Source: Bacillota bacterium
GTDB taxonomy: Bacteria > Bacillota > UBA994 > UBA5500
Length of the DNA stretch: 64,000 nt
Assembly (NCBI GenBank): GCA_023436245.1
Contig: JAEZJZ010000020.1
Coordinates: 29,433 to 93,432 of the forward strand
Direction: 5' to 3'
Shown here piece by piece: positions 47,059 through 56,558 of the stretch. The notes under the pieces were generated by a model. That model did no database searches. It worked only from the letters and a program-made list of their open reading frames with translations, and was not told the DNA's origin. Each line of letters opens with the position of its first letter. Positions within the stretch are counted from its first letter, which is position 1. A program made the translations under genes and the position numbers.

Positions 47059-47601
47059 CTAGCAAGGGGAGTGTTCGGGCAGCCATGCAGAACGGGTATG
47101 TACCCAAAGATTTGCGTTCACGATCGGTCGGACAATCTGCTTCAGCCACCCGCTGGCCGATCCGACCAACTGTTTAAGCCTCTGGTGTGCCGACTGTGCA
47201 GGGCTGGCCGGGCTCTCCACAGGGCCTGTCTCATACCGAACGGCGATAGAGGCCAGGCATCCGAGCCAATAGGTCACGTTCTCCGTGACCCAACGCTTCC
47301 AACGGTTGACGGTGGCCTCATCTGCTGGGGCTGTGTTTTCCTCCCGGCTAGACAAGATCTGTTCCACGCACTCCGCTCTGTAGCGTTTGTATGGCACTAA
47401 GAAGTCCGGCAGCTCATGATGGATTCGTCCGCAGCTCTGACACCGCAGCCGGCGGATGTACGCTGCATTCTTCTCGCCTTCATCGTCGATGAACCCACGA
47501 GATCGACTACCAATAACCTTCATTTCGCCGTCGCAGCAAGGACACGGGATCTTCTCTGCACACCTAATAAAACACGCCGGGAGACTTCTCAACCAGCTCA
47601 T
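47059..47601 (-). CDS. Zn-ribbon protein (CPCC...C..C) immediately upstream of istA, DUF6431-like IS21 accessory ORF
   Basis: CPCCDGEMKVIGSRSRGF...RRLRCQSCGRIHHELPDFLVPYKRY. The position, co-oriented directly upstream of istA, recurs in IS21-family elements. Confidence 0.5.
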   Translation of the reverse strand: MSWLRSLPACFIRCAEKIPCPCCDGEMKVIGSRSRGFIDDEGEKNAAYIRRLRCQSCGRIHHELPDFLVPYKRYRAECVEQILSSREENTAPADEATVNRWKRWVTENVTYWLGCLASIAVRYETGPVESPASPAQSAHQRLKQLVGSASGWLKQIVRPIVNANLWVHTRSAWLPEHSPC

Positions 47602-47764
47602 AGTTTGATACTATGATCATGTTATTTCTTGGGAGACGTCTCCGGTGAGCCTGCGTCAACAGGTTCACGCTTTACGGAGGCGTGTTTGCTTTCCTAAGAT
47701 ACGGTCATTATATCCAGCAGACTCTGGACAGGCAACAACGTCAGCTTCTTGACCTTTCATTGCG

Positions 47765-48256
47765 TCAGAAACATCCGTCTTTGAATATCCACTCACGCCG
47801 CCGGCCGCATTCGCGAAAGCCCACCTTCTTGTAGCAAGTGATGCCTGCTTGGTTATCGGCGTCGACGGAGAGCATGATATTGTGCAGATTCATGGTTTGG
47901 AATCCGTACTCCAGAATCAGCCGTATGGCTTCTGCGCCGTAGCCCCTGCTCCGGTGTTCCTCCTCTCCAATGAAAATCCCCATGAACGCGTTACGGCTAC
48001 GGTGATCGATATTCTGCAGGCTGATGCACCCAATCATCACTTCACCGTCTAGCAGCACTATAGCGTAGCGTTGCGTGTCGCTGGCCGGCTCAAAGAGCCA
48101 TTTCATCTCGCTCTTTGATGAGACTATCCAGTGATACTGGCCGAAACTGCCGGCGACTGCTTTGTCGTTCATCCACTTGCGGTATGTTTCCGCATCATCG
48201 GGGTTGACAGGCGAAAGGTAGAGCCGTTGGCCAGTTATCTTGCGAAAATAGCGCAT
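47765..48256 (-). CDS. GNAT-family N-acetyltransferase (RimJ/RimL-like)
   Basis: MRYFRKITGQRLYLSPVNPDDAETYRKW...FIGEEEHRSRGYGAEA. ATG 48256 follows GGGAGGTG. Confidence 0.7.
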   Translation of the reverse strand: MRYFRKITGQRLYLSPVNPDDAETYRKWMNDKAVAGSFGQYHWIVSSKSEMKWLFEPASDTQRYAIVLLDGEVMIGCISLQNIDHRSRNAFMGIFIGEEEHRSRGYGAEAIRLILEYGFQTMNLHNIMLSVDADNQAGITCYKKVGFRECGRRREWIFKDGCF

Positions 48257-48563
48257 GAGTACACCTCCCTGTTTTTCATAGAAGTTTTCATGAACATCAT
48301 ACTCCAAGGCAAATCTGCCGTCGTTCGATCTAGTCATATGATGATGGATTAGTGGCGGAGGTGAGGAACGCAGCAGCTTCACAAAGTGGCTGGAAAGAGT
48401 CTCTTCCGGCGTCTCACTCGAATCGCCTACGCAGGCCGCCGTCACCCTAACCGTAGGAGCCAACTCTTCAGCGGACCTTACCAGCAGCGATGCTATGCAA
48501 TTGCGGAAGGCAGAAGGAAAAGAGTGACGCCAGTAGCATCACTCTCCTCGCACACCAGGTACC

Positions 48564-50198
48564 TTATTCCGTTATAATCTCCGGCCCATCATACCACTTC
48601 GGAGTCTTATAGTGTTTGGCCATTTGAGGACGATATTTAGCCATTTGCTCACTCAGGAATCCTACCGGTGGGGCAACTTCCTTACCTTCCGGAACGAAGA
48701 ACTTGCCGTTTTCAGGATCATATGCGTATTTTCCTGCCCTACCAAATATGAACGGTAGGTAAGATTCAAACTGGGCTTCCCCGTTATCATCCAAGATTAG
48801 GTTCTTGCCATCATTCTTGTAGTTGTAGAAGTGCTCTGCCTGCATCTTTCTGAAATCTTCCCTAATCTCAGCTACTTTGTCGGGATTGGTCAACAGTTCT
48901 ATGGCACTTACCGCCATTGCTTGGGCACCCGCGATCAGCCCTTTATGGGCAACAGTAGAACCGGTTACCGCAGTAGTAGTCCAATGATGGCCGATGGCTC
49001 CCGGAGCAGAAGTGGGGAACCTAACACTTGTAAGAGGCACAACTAAGGAAACCTCGCCTATGTCAGAAGATCCTCCGCCCACAAATACCTCAGGGGATCC
49101 CTTTGGCTTATCCTCAATTGCCGAATCATCGGGAAGGCCCTTTTCTTCTGCACCTGCAGATCTCTGCAATGCCTTGATGAACTCGTGTTCATCCTCAGTC
49201 CACTCAGGCATACCCACCTTTTTGATGTTCTCTTGCACCATGTGGGCTAGAGTCTCATTTCTATAGCACTGATGGATTGCAGTGTACGGGGTAATCTCCA
49301 TTTGGGTATCTGTGGCAAGGGCTGCGGCTTTGGCACAATTTAGCACTCTCTCGAAGTCAGACTTAATCAGTTTGTCCGAGTTTCTCACGAAATACCAGGT
49401 GGTTGCTCGATCCGGAACTACGTTAGGGCCTTCTCCACCCTCGGTCATCACATAATGCAATCTGGATGTGTAGTGCAAATGCTCACGCAGGAACTCGGTA
49501 CTCACGTTCATTATTTGCACAGCATCTAAAGCTGATCTGCCGACCCAGGGAGCTCCGGCAGAGTGAGCGGTTGTTCCGCGGAAGGTAACGGAGAAGGACC
49601 AGTTGGTATTACTACCTACTCCGTAAGATGCACCAAAGCCATCTCCCCCATGGTTATCAATTACAACATCTACGCCGTCAAACACGCCGGCGTAAACCAT
49701 GAAAGGACGGCTAATTACGGTTTCTTCAGCAGGGCTACCAAACATCTTAATGGTCCCGGTAAATCCCCCGTCTTCCATAGCTTTCTTGACTGCTACAACC
49801 GTACCGGCAGCCGCAGTTCCCATAGTATTATGAGTACAACCATGACCCGGCGCCATGGCTCCTTTTATTTCGGTTATGGGGGCGTGGGTAGGGTTTCCTG
49901 CCTCTTGGGATAGCATTGGTAGTGCATCTAACTCGCCTAATACGCCAATGGTTGGTCCAGGGCCATTGGAAAAAGTGGCAACGAAGGCAGTTGGCATTCC
50001 GCCTACCCCTTTTTCAATTGTGAAGCCTTCCTTTTCCAGGTAGTTTATCAGTAGGTTCGCGGTGTTGTATTCCTCTAAACCTAACTCCGCATAGGACCAA
50101 ATGGCATCATTAATCTCCGCCAACATTTCCCGAGTCTCACTTTTTTGCAGAAAATCAATGGCAACCTGTTGGTTCTTATCAAATGCTTCTCTATTCAA
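48564..50198 (-). CDS. M20-family amidohydrolase/peptidase, low GC
   Basis: M20 metal-binding regions (...GHGCTHN..., ...GSPAEE...). 544 aa. Codon usage and GC (about 45%) differ from neighbours. Confidence 0.65.
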   Translation of the reverse strand: MNREAFDKNQQVAIDFLQKSETREMLAEINDAIWSYAELGLEEYNTANLLINYLEKEGFTIEKGVGGMPTAFVATFSNGPGPTIGVLGELDALPMLSQEAGNPTHAPITEIKGAMAPGHGCTHNTMGTAAAGTVVAVKKAMEDGGFTGTIKMFGSPAEETVISRPFMVYAGVFDGVDVVIDNHGGDGFGASYGVGSNTNWSFSVTFRGTTAHSAGAPWVGRSALDAVQIMNVSTEFLREHLHYTSRLHYVMTEGGEGPNVVPDRATTWYFVRNSDKLIKSDFERVLNCAKAAALATDTQMEITPYTAIHQCYRNETLAHMVQENIKKVGMPEWTEDEHEFIKALQRSAGAEEKGLPDDSAIEDKPKGSPEVFVGGGSSDIGEVSLVVPLTSVRFPTSAPGAIGHHWTTTAVTGSTVAHKGLIAGAQAMAVSAIELLTNPDKVAEIREDFRKMQAEHFYNYKNDGKNLILDDNGEAQFESYLPFIFGRAGKYAYDPENGKFFVPEGKEVAPPVGFLSEQMAKYRPQMAKHYKTPKWYDGPEIITE

Positions 50199-50403
50199 CG
50201 TTTTCTCCTCCTTTATTTAGGCACTAATAGGAGCAGGCTACTTCCTACCTTCACCTCCACTTATTTTTGTATGCGTAATAAGCTTATCATCAGACGCTTG
50301 GGGTTTCTACAACTATCGGCAGATAATTGTGCAAAAAAATGCAGGCAGATGAAAAAGCCACCCATTGATAGATCTCATTCTATCAATAGATGGCACTATA
50401 CTT

Positions 50404-50750
50404 GGTGGAGGCGGGGGGATTCGAACCCACCGTCCGAAGGCCAGCCAGCCAGAGCTTCTCCGAGCGCAGTCCATGCTTTGAATTTCGCTCGGTGACGCCC
50501 CCGTGGACAGGGTCGTTACTTCGCTAGCCCGTTAATTTCCCGACCGATACCAGGCGCTCTCGGTCAGTAGACTACTGTTCATGACGCCCGCATCTGAACC
50601 CCAGTAGACACAGTTTCAGGCAGACGGCGGCCTTAGGCCGCGATTGCTAAATTGTTGTTAGCTATTGTTGTTTTCCCTGTTTTACGGGTACCAGGATCCC
50701 CGGCTCGCTACTCCAACCCACAGAACCCCCGTCGAAACCATGTCGCCCCC
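50404..50750 (-). ncRNA. ssrA: tmRNA (ssrA)
   Basis: Minus strand 5'-GGGGGCGACAUGGUUUCGACGGGGG ... GGAUUCGAACCCCCCGCCUCCACCA-3'. 7-bp acceptor pairing between the ends. Internal tag ORF ...GCU AAC AAC AAU UUA GCA AUC GCG GCC UAA encodes (A)NNNLAIAA*. Confidence 0.9.
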
Positions 50751-50789
50751 AAGCTTTGAAATCGTTGATTCTTAGGCCTGTGAAAAGGC

Positions 50790-50841
50790 CCGTTGCCTAA
50801 GCGCCGCGAAGGATCAGATTCTTCGTTTCACTCAGAATGAC
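50790..50841. repeat. Repeat family C, partial copy (CGCGAAGGATCAGATTCTTCG...CTCAGAATGAC) in the smpB-ssrA spacer
   Basis: Inner hairpin CGAAGGATC/GATTCTTCG and the right outer arm are present. The left outer arm is degenerate. Confidence 0.55.
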
Positions 50842-50849
50842 CAAAAAAG

Positions 50850-51329
50850 CTAGTATTCGCCCTTTTCCCGCTGCCGCATGGCCTGGGCAATTTCGCGATC
50901 GGCATCGCGGTTCGCTTCCGCGTCGCGCTTGTCGTAAAGCTTCTTGCCTTTGGCCAGCCCGATTTCGGCTTTGATCTTGCCTTCCTTCAGGTACAGCCGG
51001 GTGGCAACCAGGGTGTAACCTTTGGCCTGGGTGAGGCCGAGGAGTCGCATCACTTCCCGCTTGTGCATCAGCAGCACGCGCGGGCGCAGCGGATCATGAT
51101 TGAAGCGGTTGCCTTGTTCATAAGGGCTGATATGAACATTATATAAGAACAGCTGGCCGTCATCAACCCGGGCAAAACTGTCACGCATGTTGGCGCGGCC
51201 AGCGCGAATTGACTTCACCTCAGTGCCGCGCAAGGCAACTCCTGCCTCGTAGGTCTCCTCGATGAAGTAATCATGGCGCGCTCTGCGGTTCTCGACCAGT
51301 GTCTTGCTACCTTGTTCTTTCATGATCAT
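50850..51329 (-). CDS. smpB: SsrA-binding protein SmpB
   Basis: ...[30 protein letters not shown]...LLMHKRE...[12 protein letters not shown]. Confidence 0.9.
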   Translation of the reverse strand: MIMKEQGSKTLVENRRARHDYFIEETYEAGVALRGTEVKSIRAGRANMRDSFARVDDGQLFLYNVHISPYEQGNRFNHDPLRPRVLLMHKREVMRLLGLTQAKGYTLVATRLYLKEGKIKAEIGLAKGKKLYDKRDAEANRDADREIAQAMRQREKGEY

Positions 51330-51418
51330 TTCCCCATAAGAAAAATCTAGCCCGACTTGCGCTGCAAGCGGGCTGAAGGTCACTATTCATTATATCAAGT
51401 TATCTATGGCGGGTCAAA

Positions 51419-52441
51419 CTAGAGGACGCGCACGATCCAGCCTTCTGGAGCTTTGACATCGCCAAACTGAATGCCGCACAGCGTATCGTAGAGCTTGCGG
51501 GTGACCGGGCCGACTTCGGTCTCGCTGTGGAAGACGTGCAGCTTGCCCTGGTACTCGATGCCGCCGATGGGTGTAATCACGGCGGCTGTGCCGCAAGCGC
51601 CTGCCTCAGCGTACTGGTCGAGCTGATCGATGTAGACGTCGCCCTCTGCCACATCCATGCCGAGATAGTCACGTGCCACTTCCAGCAAAGAATACTTGGT
51701 AATGCTCGGCAGAATTGACGGGGAGGCCGGCGTGATGAAGCGGTTGTCTTTGGTGACGCCAAAGAAGTTCGCTGCGCCAACTTCCTCAATCTTGGTGTGA
51801 GTAGCCGGGTCGAGGTAAATGCAGTCAGCAAAGCCCTGCTTTACTGCCAGATGATGCGGCATCAGGCTGGCAGCATAGTTGCCGCCGACTTTGGCTGCGC
51901 CGGTGCCGCTGGGAGCTGCCCGGTCAAAGTCGGAGACGGAGAAGTTGACCGGCTTCAGACCACCCTTGAAGTAAGGGCCAACCGGCGAGCAAAAGACGGA
52001 GAAGATGTACTGGTCCGCCGGGCGCACGCCCAGGTTGTCGCCGACGCCAATCACAAACGGGCGCAGGTAGAGGGTTGCGCCGCTGCCGTAGGGAGGCACG
52101 TAAGCCTCGTTCGCCTTGACCACCTGTTTGCAGGCGTCGATGAACCGCTCCACCGGAAACTCAGGCATGAGCAGACGACGGCAGCTCTCCTGCATGCGCA
52201 AGGCATTTCTGTCCGGCCGAAAGAGTTGCACATGCCCATCTTTGGTGCGGTAGGCCTTCAGTCCCTCAAAGCATTGCTGGCCGTAATGCAATGCCGGCGA
52301 ACCCTCACTGATGTGCAACTGGTTGTCTGTAGTCAGGGTTCCCTCGTCCCATTGTCCGTCTTTCCAGACGGACAGGTAGCGGTACTCGGTCTTCATGTAG
52401 GTGAAGCCAAGTTTACCCCAATCGATCACGGGTCGTTCCAC
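51419..52441 (-). CDS. ilvE: Branched-chain-amino-acid aminotransferase (fold-type IV)
   Basis: ...SPALHYGQQCFEGLKAYRT...TLYLRPFVIG...AAKVGGNYAASL... Confidence 0.85.
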   Translation of the reverse strand: MERPVIDWGKLGFTYMKTEYRYLSVWKDGQWDEGTLTTDNQLHISEGSPALHYGQQCFEGLKAYRTKDGHVQLFRPDRNALRMQESCRRLLMPEFPVERFIDACKQVVKANEAYVPPYGSGATLYLRPFVIGVGDNLGVRPADQYIFSVFCSPVGPYFKGGLKPVNFSVSDFDRAAPSGTGAAKVGGNYAASLMPHHLAVKQGFADCIYLDPATHTKIEEVGAANFFGVTKDNRFITPASPSILPSITKYSLLEVARDYLGMDVAEGDVYIDQLDQYAEAGACGTAAVITPIGGIEYQGKLHVFHSETEVGPVTRKLYDTLCGIQFGDVKAPEGWIVRVL

Positions 52442-52591
52442 GGCTCATTCCCCCTTCTAGAGTCGATGACCAATCTAATCATACCGCATTTGATCGGAGA
52501 TCTCGGTCTGCCAGAATTTTCGAACATAAAAATTGGCAAGAATGGCAGTCACCCGTGCGGCTCTTCAGGGAAATCGGCGCAGAACTGGTGG

Positions 52592-54733
52592 CTAATCGTC
52601 TTGGTCAGCCGGGTCTGCCAGTTCGAAGTCAATCTTATGTTCCTCAGTGTTCACCTTGGCCACCTTCACCTGCACCGGATCGCCCAGGCGGAAGCGACGT
52701 TTGGTGCGCTTGCCGACCAGTGCATAGGCAGTGTCATCATACTGGTAGAAGTCATCCGCCAGGCTGCTGACGTGGACTAGGCCTTCAACCGTGTTATCCA
52801 ACTCTGCAAAGAAGCCGAAGCTGGTCACCCCGCTGATGATCGCGGAGAAGACCTCGCCCTCCTTGCCCTGCATGTATTCCACCTTCTTGATGTCGATCAC
52901 TGCCCGTTCCGCCTCGGTCGCGATTTGCTCCCGCTCCGAGGATTGCTGCGAGGCGCGGTCTACAAAAGCGGTGAGCTCTGCCCGTCGCTCCTCCGACAAC
53001 TGCTTCTTGTGCAGGTGCTCCTTGATGATGCGATGAATCACCAGGTCAGGATAGCGCCGGATGGGAGAGGTGAAGTGGCAGTAGTACTTGGCGGCTAAAC
53101 CGAAGTGACCCAGGCACTCCGGGCTGTAGCGAGCGCGCATCATCGAGCGCAACAGCACGCGGTGAATCAGGCGCTGCTCCAATCGGCCATCGATCTGCTC
53201 CAGCACCGCCTGGAAGCTACGCGGGTGGATGTTGTCGGCCTTGGCTTTGATGCGCAGGCCGAACGCATTCAGGAACAAATTCAACTCGGTCACCTTGGCC
53301 AGGCGCGGCTCTTCATGTACGCGGTAGACAAAGGGGGCCTCCATCCAGTGAAAGCGCTCCGCCACCGTCTCGTTGGCCGCCACCATGAACTCCTCGATGA
53401 TGCTGTCAGCTACCGTCTGCGCACGGGGGACGATGTCCACCACCCGGCCGTCCTCATCCAGAATCACCTTGGCCTCGCTCACTTCAAAGGCGATGGCCCC
53501 TCGCCCAGACCGCTTCTGCAGGAGAATGTCGCGCAGTTCCTTCATGCGCTGGAAGAGGTCCAGATGCTCGCGATAGCGCTCGCGCAGCTCGCCCTCTTCA
53601 CCCTCCAGCAGGCGGTTGACCTCGCCGTAGGTCATCCGCTCCTGGCTATGGATCACGCTTTCAGCTATCTGCTCGTGCACCACCGTGCCGCTCCGATCGA
53701 TCTCCATCAGCACAGTCAGCGTCAGCCTGTCCACCCGTGGGTTGAGGCTGCAGATGCCGTTACTGAGGTCCTTCGGCAGCATGGGCAGCACCCGGTCCAG
53801 CAGATAGACGCTGGTTCCCCGCTCGAAGGCTTCCCGGTCCAGCGGCGAGCCGACTCGCACGTAATGCCCGACATCGGCGATATGTACTCCCAGCCGGTAG
53901 TTACCATTCTCTAGCCGTTCCACCGAGATGGCGTCGTCCAGATCTTTGGCATCCGGTCCGTCGATGGTCACGATCGGCAGCCCGCGCAGGTCCATCCTAC
54001 CTTTCAGATCCTGCTCGCTGATGGTCAAATTCATCTTGGCCACCTGCTGTTTGACTTCGTCCGGAAACTCCTGCGGCAGATTGTGCTGGTGGATCACTGA
54101 GAGCACGTCCACGCCCGGGTCGCCGGCGCGACCCAGTACGGCCTCAACCACACCCGTGGCCGCGTGACGCCCCTCCGGGAACTGGGTGATGCGCACGACT
54201 ACTTTGTCCCCGCTCTTGGCGCGCATGGTCCCGCCGGGGGAAATGACCACGTCCTGCCCCAGCTTGCGATCGTCTGGCACGCAAAAGCCGATTTGCTCGC
54301 CGCCTTCGAACTTGCCCACCACTTTGTCATTGGCCCGTTCCAGAATGCGAATGACTTCGCCCTCGTCTTTCCTGCCGTCTTGGCGCTCGCCCAGGCGCAC
54401 GATCACCTTATCCCCGTGCATGGCGCCGTTCAGGTTGGAAGCCGCCAAATAGACATCCTCATCCCGCCCGGGCACCGACAGAAAAGCAAATCCCTTGGCA
54501 TTGCCCAGCACGCGACCCACGGCCAGATTCATCATCTCCGGCAGACCATAGCGATGGTAGCGAGTCTTGACGATCGCTCCCTCGCGCTCCATCTGCCCAA
54601 TCATTTCCCGCCACGGCTGCTCCTCTGCAATGTTGGCGGCCAAAGTGGCCACCAGATCTGGCTCCGACAACGGCTTATATATCTTCTCCCGCATTAAGCT
54701 GAGTAGCTTTTCCCGATCAATCATCGAGAGCAC
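52592..54733 (-). CDS. rnr: Ribonuclease R
   Basis: RNB catalytic domain (...DGPDAKDLDDAISVERL...) and C-terminal S1 (GEVFSAIISGVTSFGFFAELDNTVEGLVHVSSL). Confidence 0.85.
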   Translation of the reverse strand: MLSMIDREKLLSLMREKIYKPLSEPDLVATLAANIAEEQPWREMIGQMEREGAIVKTRYHRYGLPEMMNLAVGRVLGNAKGFAFLSVPGRDEDVYLAASNLNGAMHGDKVIVRLGERQDGRKDEGEVIRILERANDKVVGKFEGGEQIGFCVPDDRKLGQDVVISPGGTMRAKSGDKVVVRITQFPEGRHAATGVVEAVLGRAGDPGVDVLSVIHQHNLPQEFPDEVKQQVAKMNLTISEQDLKGRMDLRGLPIVTIDGPDAKDLDDAISVERLENGNYRLGVHIADVGHYVRVGSPLDREAFERGTSVYLLDRVLPMLPKDLSNGICSLNPRVDRLTLTVLMEIDRSGTVVHEQIAESVIHSQERMTYGEVNRLLEGEEGELRERYREHLDLFQRMKELRDILLQKRSGRGAIAFEVSEAKVILDEDGRVVDIVPRAQTVADSIIEEFMVAANETVAERFHWMEAPFVYRVHEEPRLAKVTELNLFLNAFGLRIKAKADNIHPRSFQAVLEQIDGRLEQRLIHRVLLRSMMRARYSPECLGHFGLAAKYYCHFTSPIRRYPDLVIHRIIKEHLHKKQLSEERRAELTAFVDRASQQSSEREQIATEAERAVIDIKKVEYMQGKEGEVFSAIISGVTSFGFFAELDNTVEGLVHVSSLADDFYQYDDTAYALVGKRTKRRFRLGDPVQVKVAKVNTEEHKIDFELADPADQDD

Positions 54734-54886
54734 CTCCCTCTATTTTGGCCTGGTAACCCAGGCATAGTACTCTGTCGCCAGCAAGCATTGGCGAGCTAGA
54801 CTGTGCAGTTACCTTACTAGTTTTCGTCGGATAAGGTCAAATCATCCGAAAGTAAAAGGCGGCCGCATGGCCGCCAAGAAGAGACA

Positions 54887-55957
54887 TTAAGCCTGTGCAA
54901 TTTCGCTGACCAACTCATCGATCACCTCGGCCACCGAGGTGATGCGCTCGGCCCGCCAAGCATTGGCCCCACAAAAAGCGAAGCCGTGCTGCAACACGCC
55001 GCGCTGAGCATTGATCAGCGCCTCCGCAATACAGTAGGGGGCCTGCTTCGGCGAACACGGCTGCAGGCAGTTGTAGGCGCAGCGGATGGGAGTCATCTCC
55101 CCGGCCTGCACCCGTTCCAGGAATGCGTTCCTGACGGCGCGACCCGGCATGCCCACCGGGCTTTGAATGAGCACGATGTCATCCTCTGTCGCCCGGAGAT
55201 ACTCCTGCTTGAACGCGTCCGACGCGTCACATTCGTATGTCGGCACAAAGCGCGACCCCAGTTGGGCTGCAGCCGCCCCCGCCTGTAGCACGCGGGCGAT
55301 GTCGGCGCCGGTCCAGAGGCCACCGCCGGCAATCAGCGGTATTTGGCCGTATTCGTTCGGATATGGCTCAATCGCCTGCAACACCTCCGGAATCAGGCGC
55401 TCAAGCGCAACCTGCTCCGGCTGTTGCAACTGCTCGCGCGAGTAGCCGAGATGCCCGCCCGCCAAAGGACCTTCCAACACGAATGCGTCGGGCAGACGCC
55501 CATAGCGCTTCTGCCAGTGACGGCACATCAGGCTGGCTGCCCTGCCGGACGAAATGATCGGCGCCAGCTTCACCGGCGAGCCTGCCGTCAGTTCAGGTAG
55601 GGTCAAAGGCAACCCCGCACCGGAAAAGATGACATCCGCCTTGCCTGACACCGCCGCCGCCACCATCTCGGCGTAGTTGTTCAACGCAACCATGATATTC
55701 ACACCGATCACGCCCCGGGGGCTCTGCGCCCGTGCTAGCTGTAGCTGCTCCAGCAACCCAGCTGCACTGGCGCGACGCTTGTCCATCGGGTAGTCGTCGC
55801 GGTAGAAACCCGTTTCCACACCGGAGATCACACCGAGGCCGCCGCAATTGGCGACTGCGGAGGCCAATCTGGACAAGGATACGCCCACGCCCATACCGCC
55901 CTGTACGATCGGTAGCCTAATCTCTAAATCACCTATCTGCCAAGCCTTTATCTTCAT
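54887..55957 (-). CDS. Nitronate monooxygenase / FabK-like FMN-dependent oxidoreductase
   Basis: MKIKAW...LPIVQGGMGVGVS...GGLGVISGV. ATG 55957 follows AAGGAG. Confidence 0.7.
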   Translation of the reverse strand: MKIKAWQIGDLEIRLPIVQGGMGVGVSLSRLASAVANCGGLGVISGVETGFYRDDYPMDKRRASAAGLLEQLQLARAQSPRGVIGVNIMVALNNYAEMVAAAVSGKADVIFSGAGLPLTLPELTAGSPVKLAPIISSGRAASLMCRHWQKRYGRLPDAFVLEGPLAGGHLGYSREQLQQPEQVALERLIPEVLQAIEPYPNEYGQIPLIAGGGLWTGADIARVLQAGAAAAQLGSRFVPTYECDASDAFKQEYLRATEDDIVLIQSPVGMPGRAVRNAFLERVQAGEMTPIRCAYNCLQPCSPKQAPYCIAEALINAQRGVLQHGFAFCGANAWRAERITSVAEVIDELVSEIAQA

Positions 55958-56036
55958 TGCCCGTGCTCCTTTGCAGTTGGCCAGTCTTCGTGCACAAAGT
56001 GTGCACAACCATGATCTGATTGTAGGCGAAACCTAT

Positions 56037-56555
56037 TCAGGATGCAAACGTTTTTTCCGAGGTGGGTGCCGCCGGCCGCTTGGTCATCACCAAGAAGCTG
56101 CGTACACCATCTATGCGGGACACGGCGAACTCGCCGCTGACCGTGAATCCGCTGTGCTGATACACCTTGATCGCCCGCTGGTTGAACTGCAACACCGTCA
56201 GGCGCGGCAAGCCGAGGCGGCCAGTGGCGCCAGCGTACTGCAGCACTGCGGCCAGAAAGCAAGCGCCAAGTCCCCTGCCCGTCAGATCAGGCCGCAGTCC
56301 AAGGCCAACATCCAGCGCCGGTTGTCGGTAGCAGTCTGCCGCTTCCCTGGCCGGCACCCGAGCGGAGGCGCCAAAGCAACAGAAGCCGACCAGCTGACCT
56401 GACTCGTCCAACGCCGCGCAGTACTCGCCGTTCAGCAACTCCGCCAGCCCAGCGGCGCCGCGGGTCGAATTGTAGATATCATAGGGGAAGGGATAGCGCC
56501 AATCCAGGACTTGCCCGGCCAAAGGTTCGTTCATGGGCTGGAATGAGAACTCCAT
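56037..56555 (-). CDS. GNAT-family N-acetyltransferase
   Basis: ...GRGLGACFLAAVLQYA... Confidence 0.6.
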   Translation of the reverse strand: MEFSFQPMNEPLAGQVLDWRYPFPYDIYNSTRGAAGLAELLNGEYCAALDESGQLVGFCCFGASARVPAREAADCYRQPALDVGLGLRPDLTGRGLGACFLAAVLQYAGATGRLGLPRLTVLQFNQRAIKVYQHSGFTVSGEFAVSRIDGVRSFLVMTKRPAAPTSEKTFAS

Positions 56556-56558
56556 CGG

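Larger units (their letters stand above)
44700..47700 (-). mobile_element. IS21-family insertion sequence (accessory Zn-ribbon ORF, istA, istB); ends approximate
   Basis: Contiguous minus-strand genes: 47601-47059 Zn-ribbon protein, 47023-45683 IstA, 45771-44890 IstB. Terminal inverted repeats could not be resolved by eye. Confidence 0.6.

Noticed and set aside
44680-47770. Exact IS21 terminal inverted repeats and target-site duplication
   Set aside because: Visual comparison of both ends gave only weak, ambiguous matches. The boundaries are left approximate.
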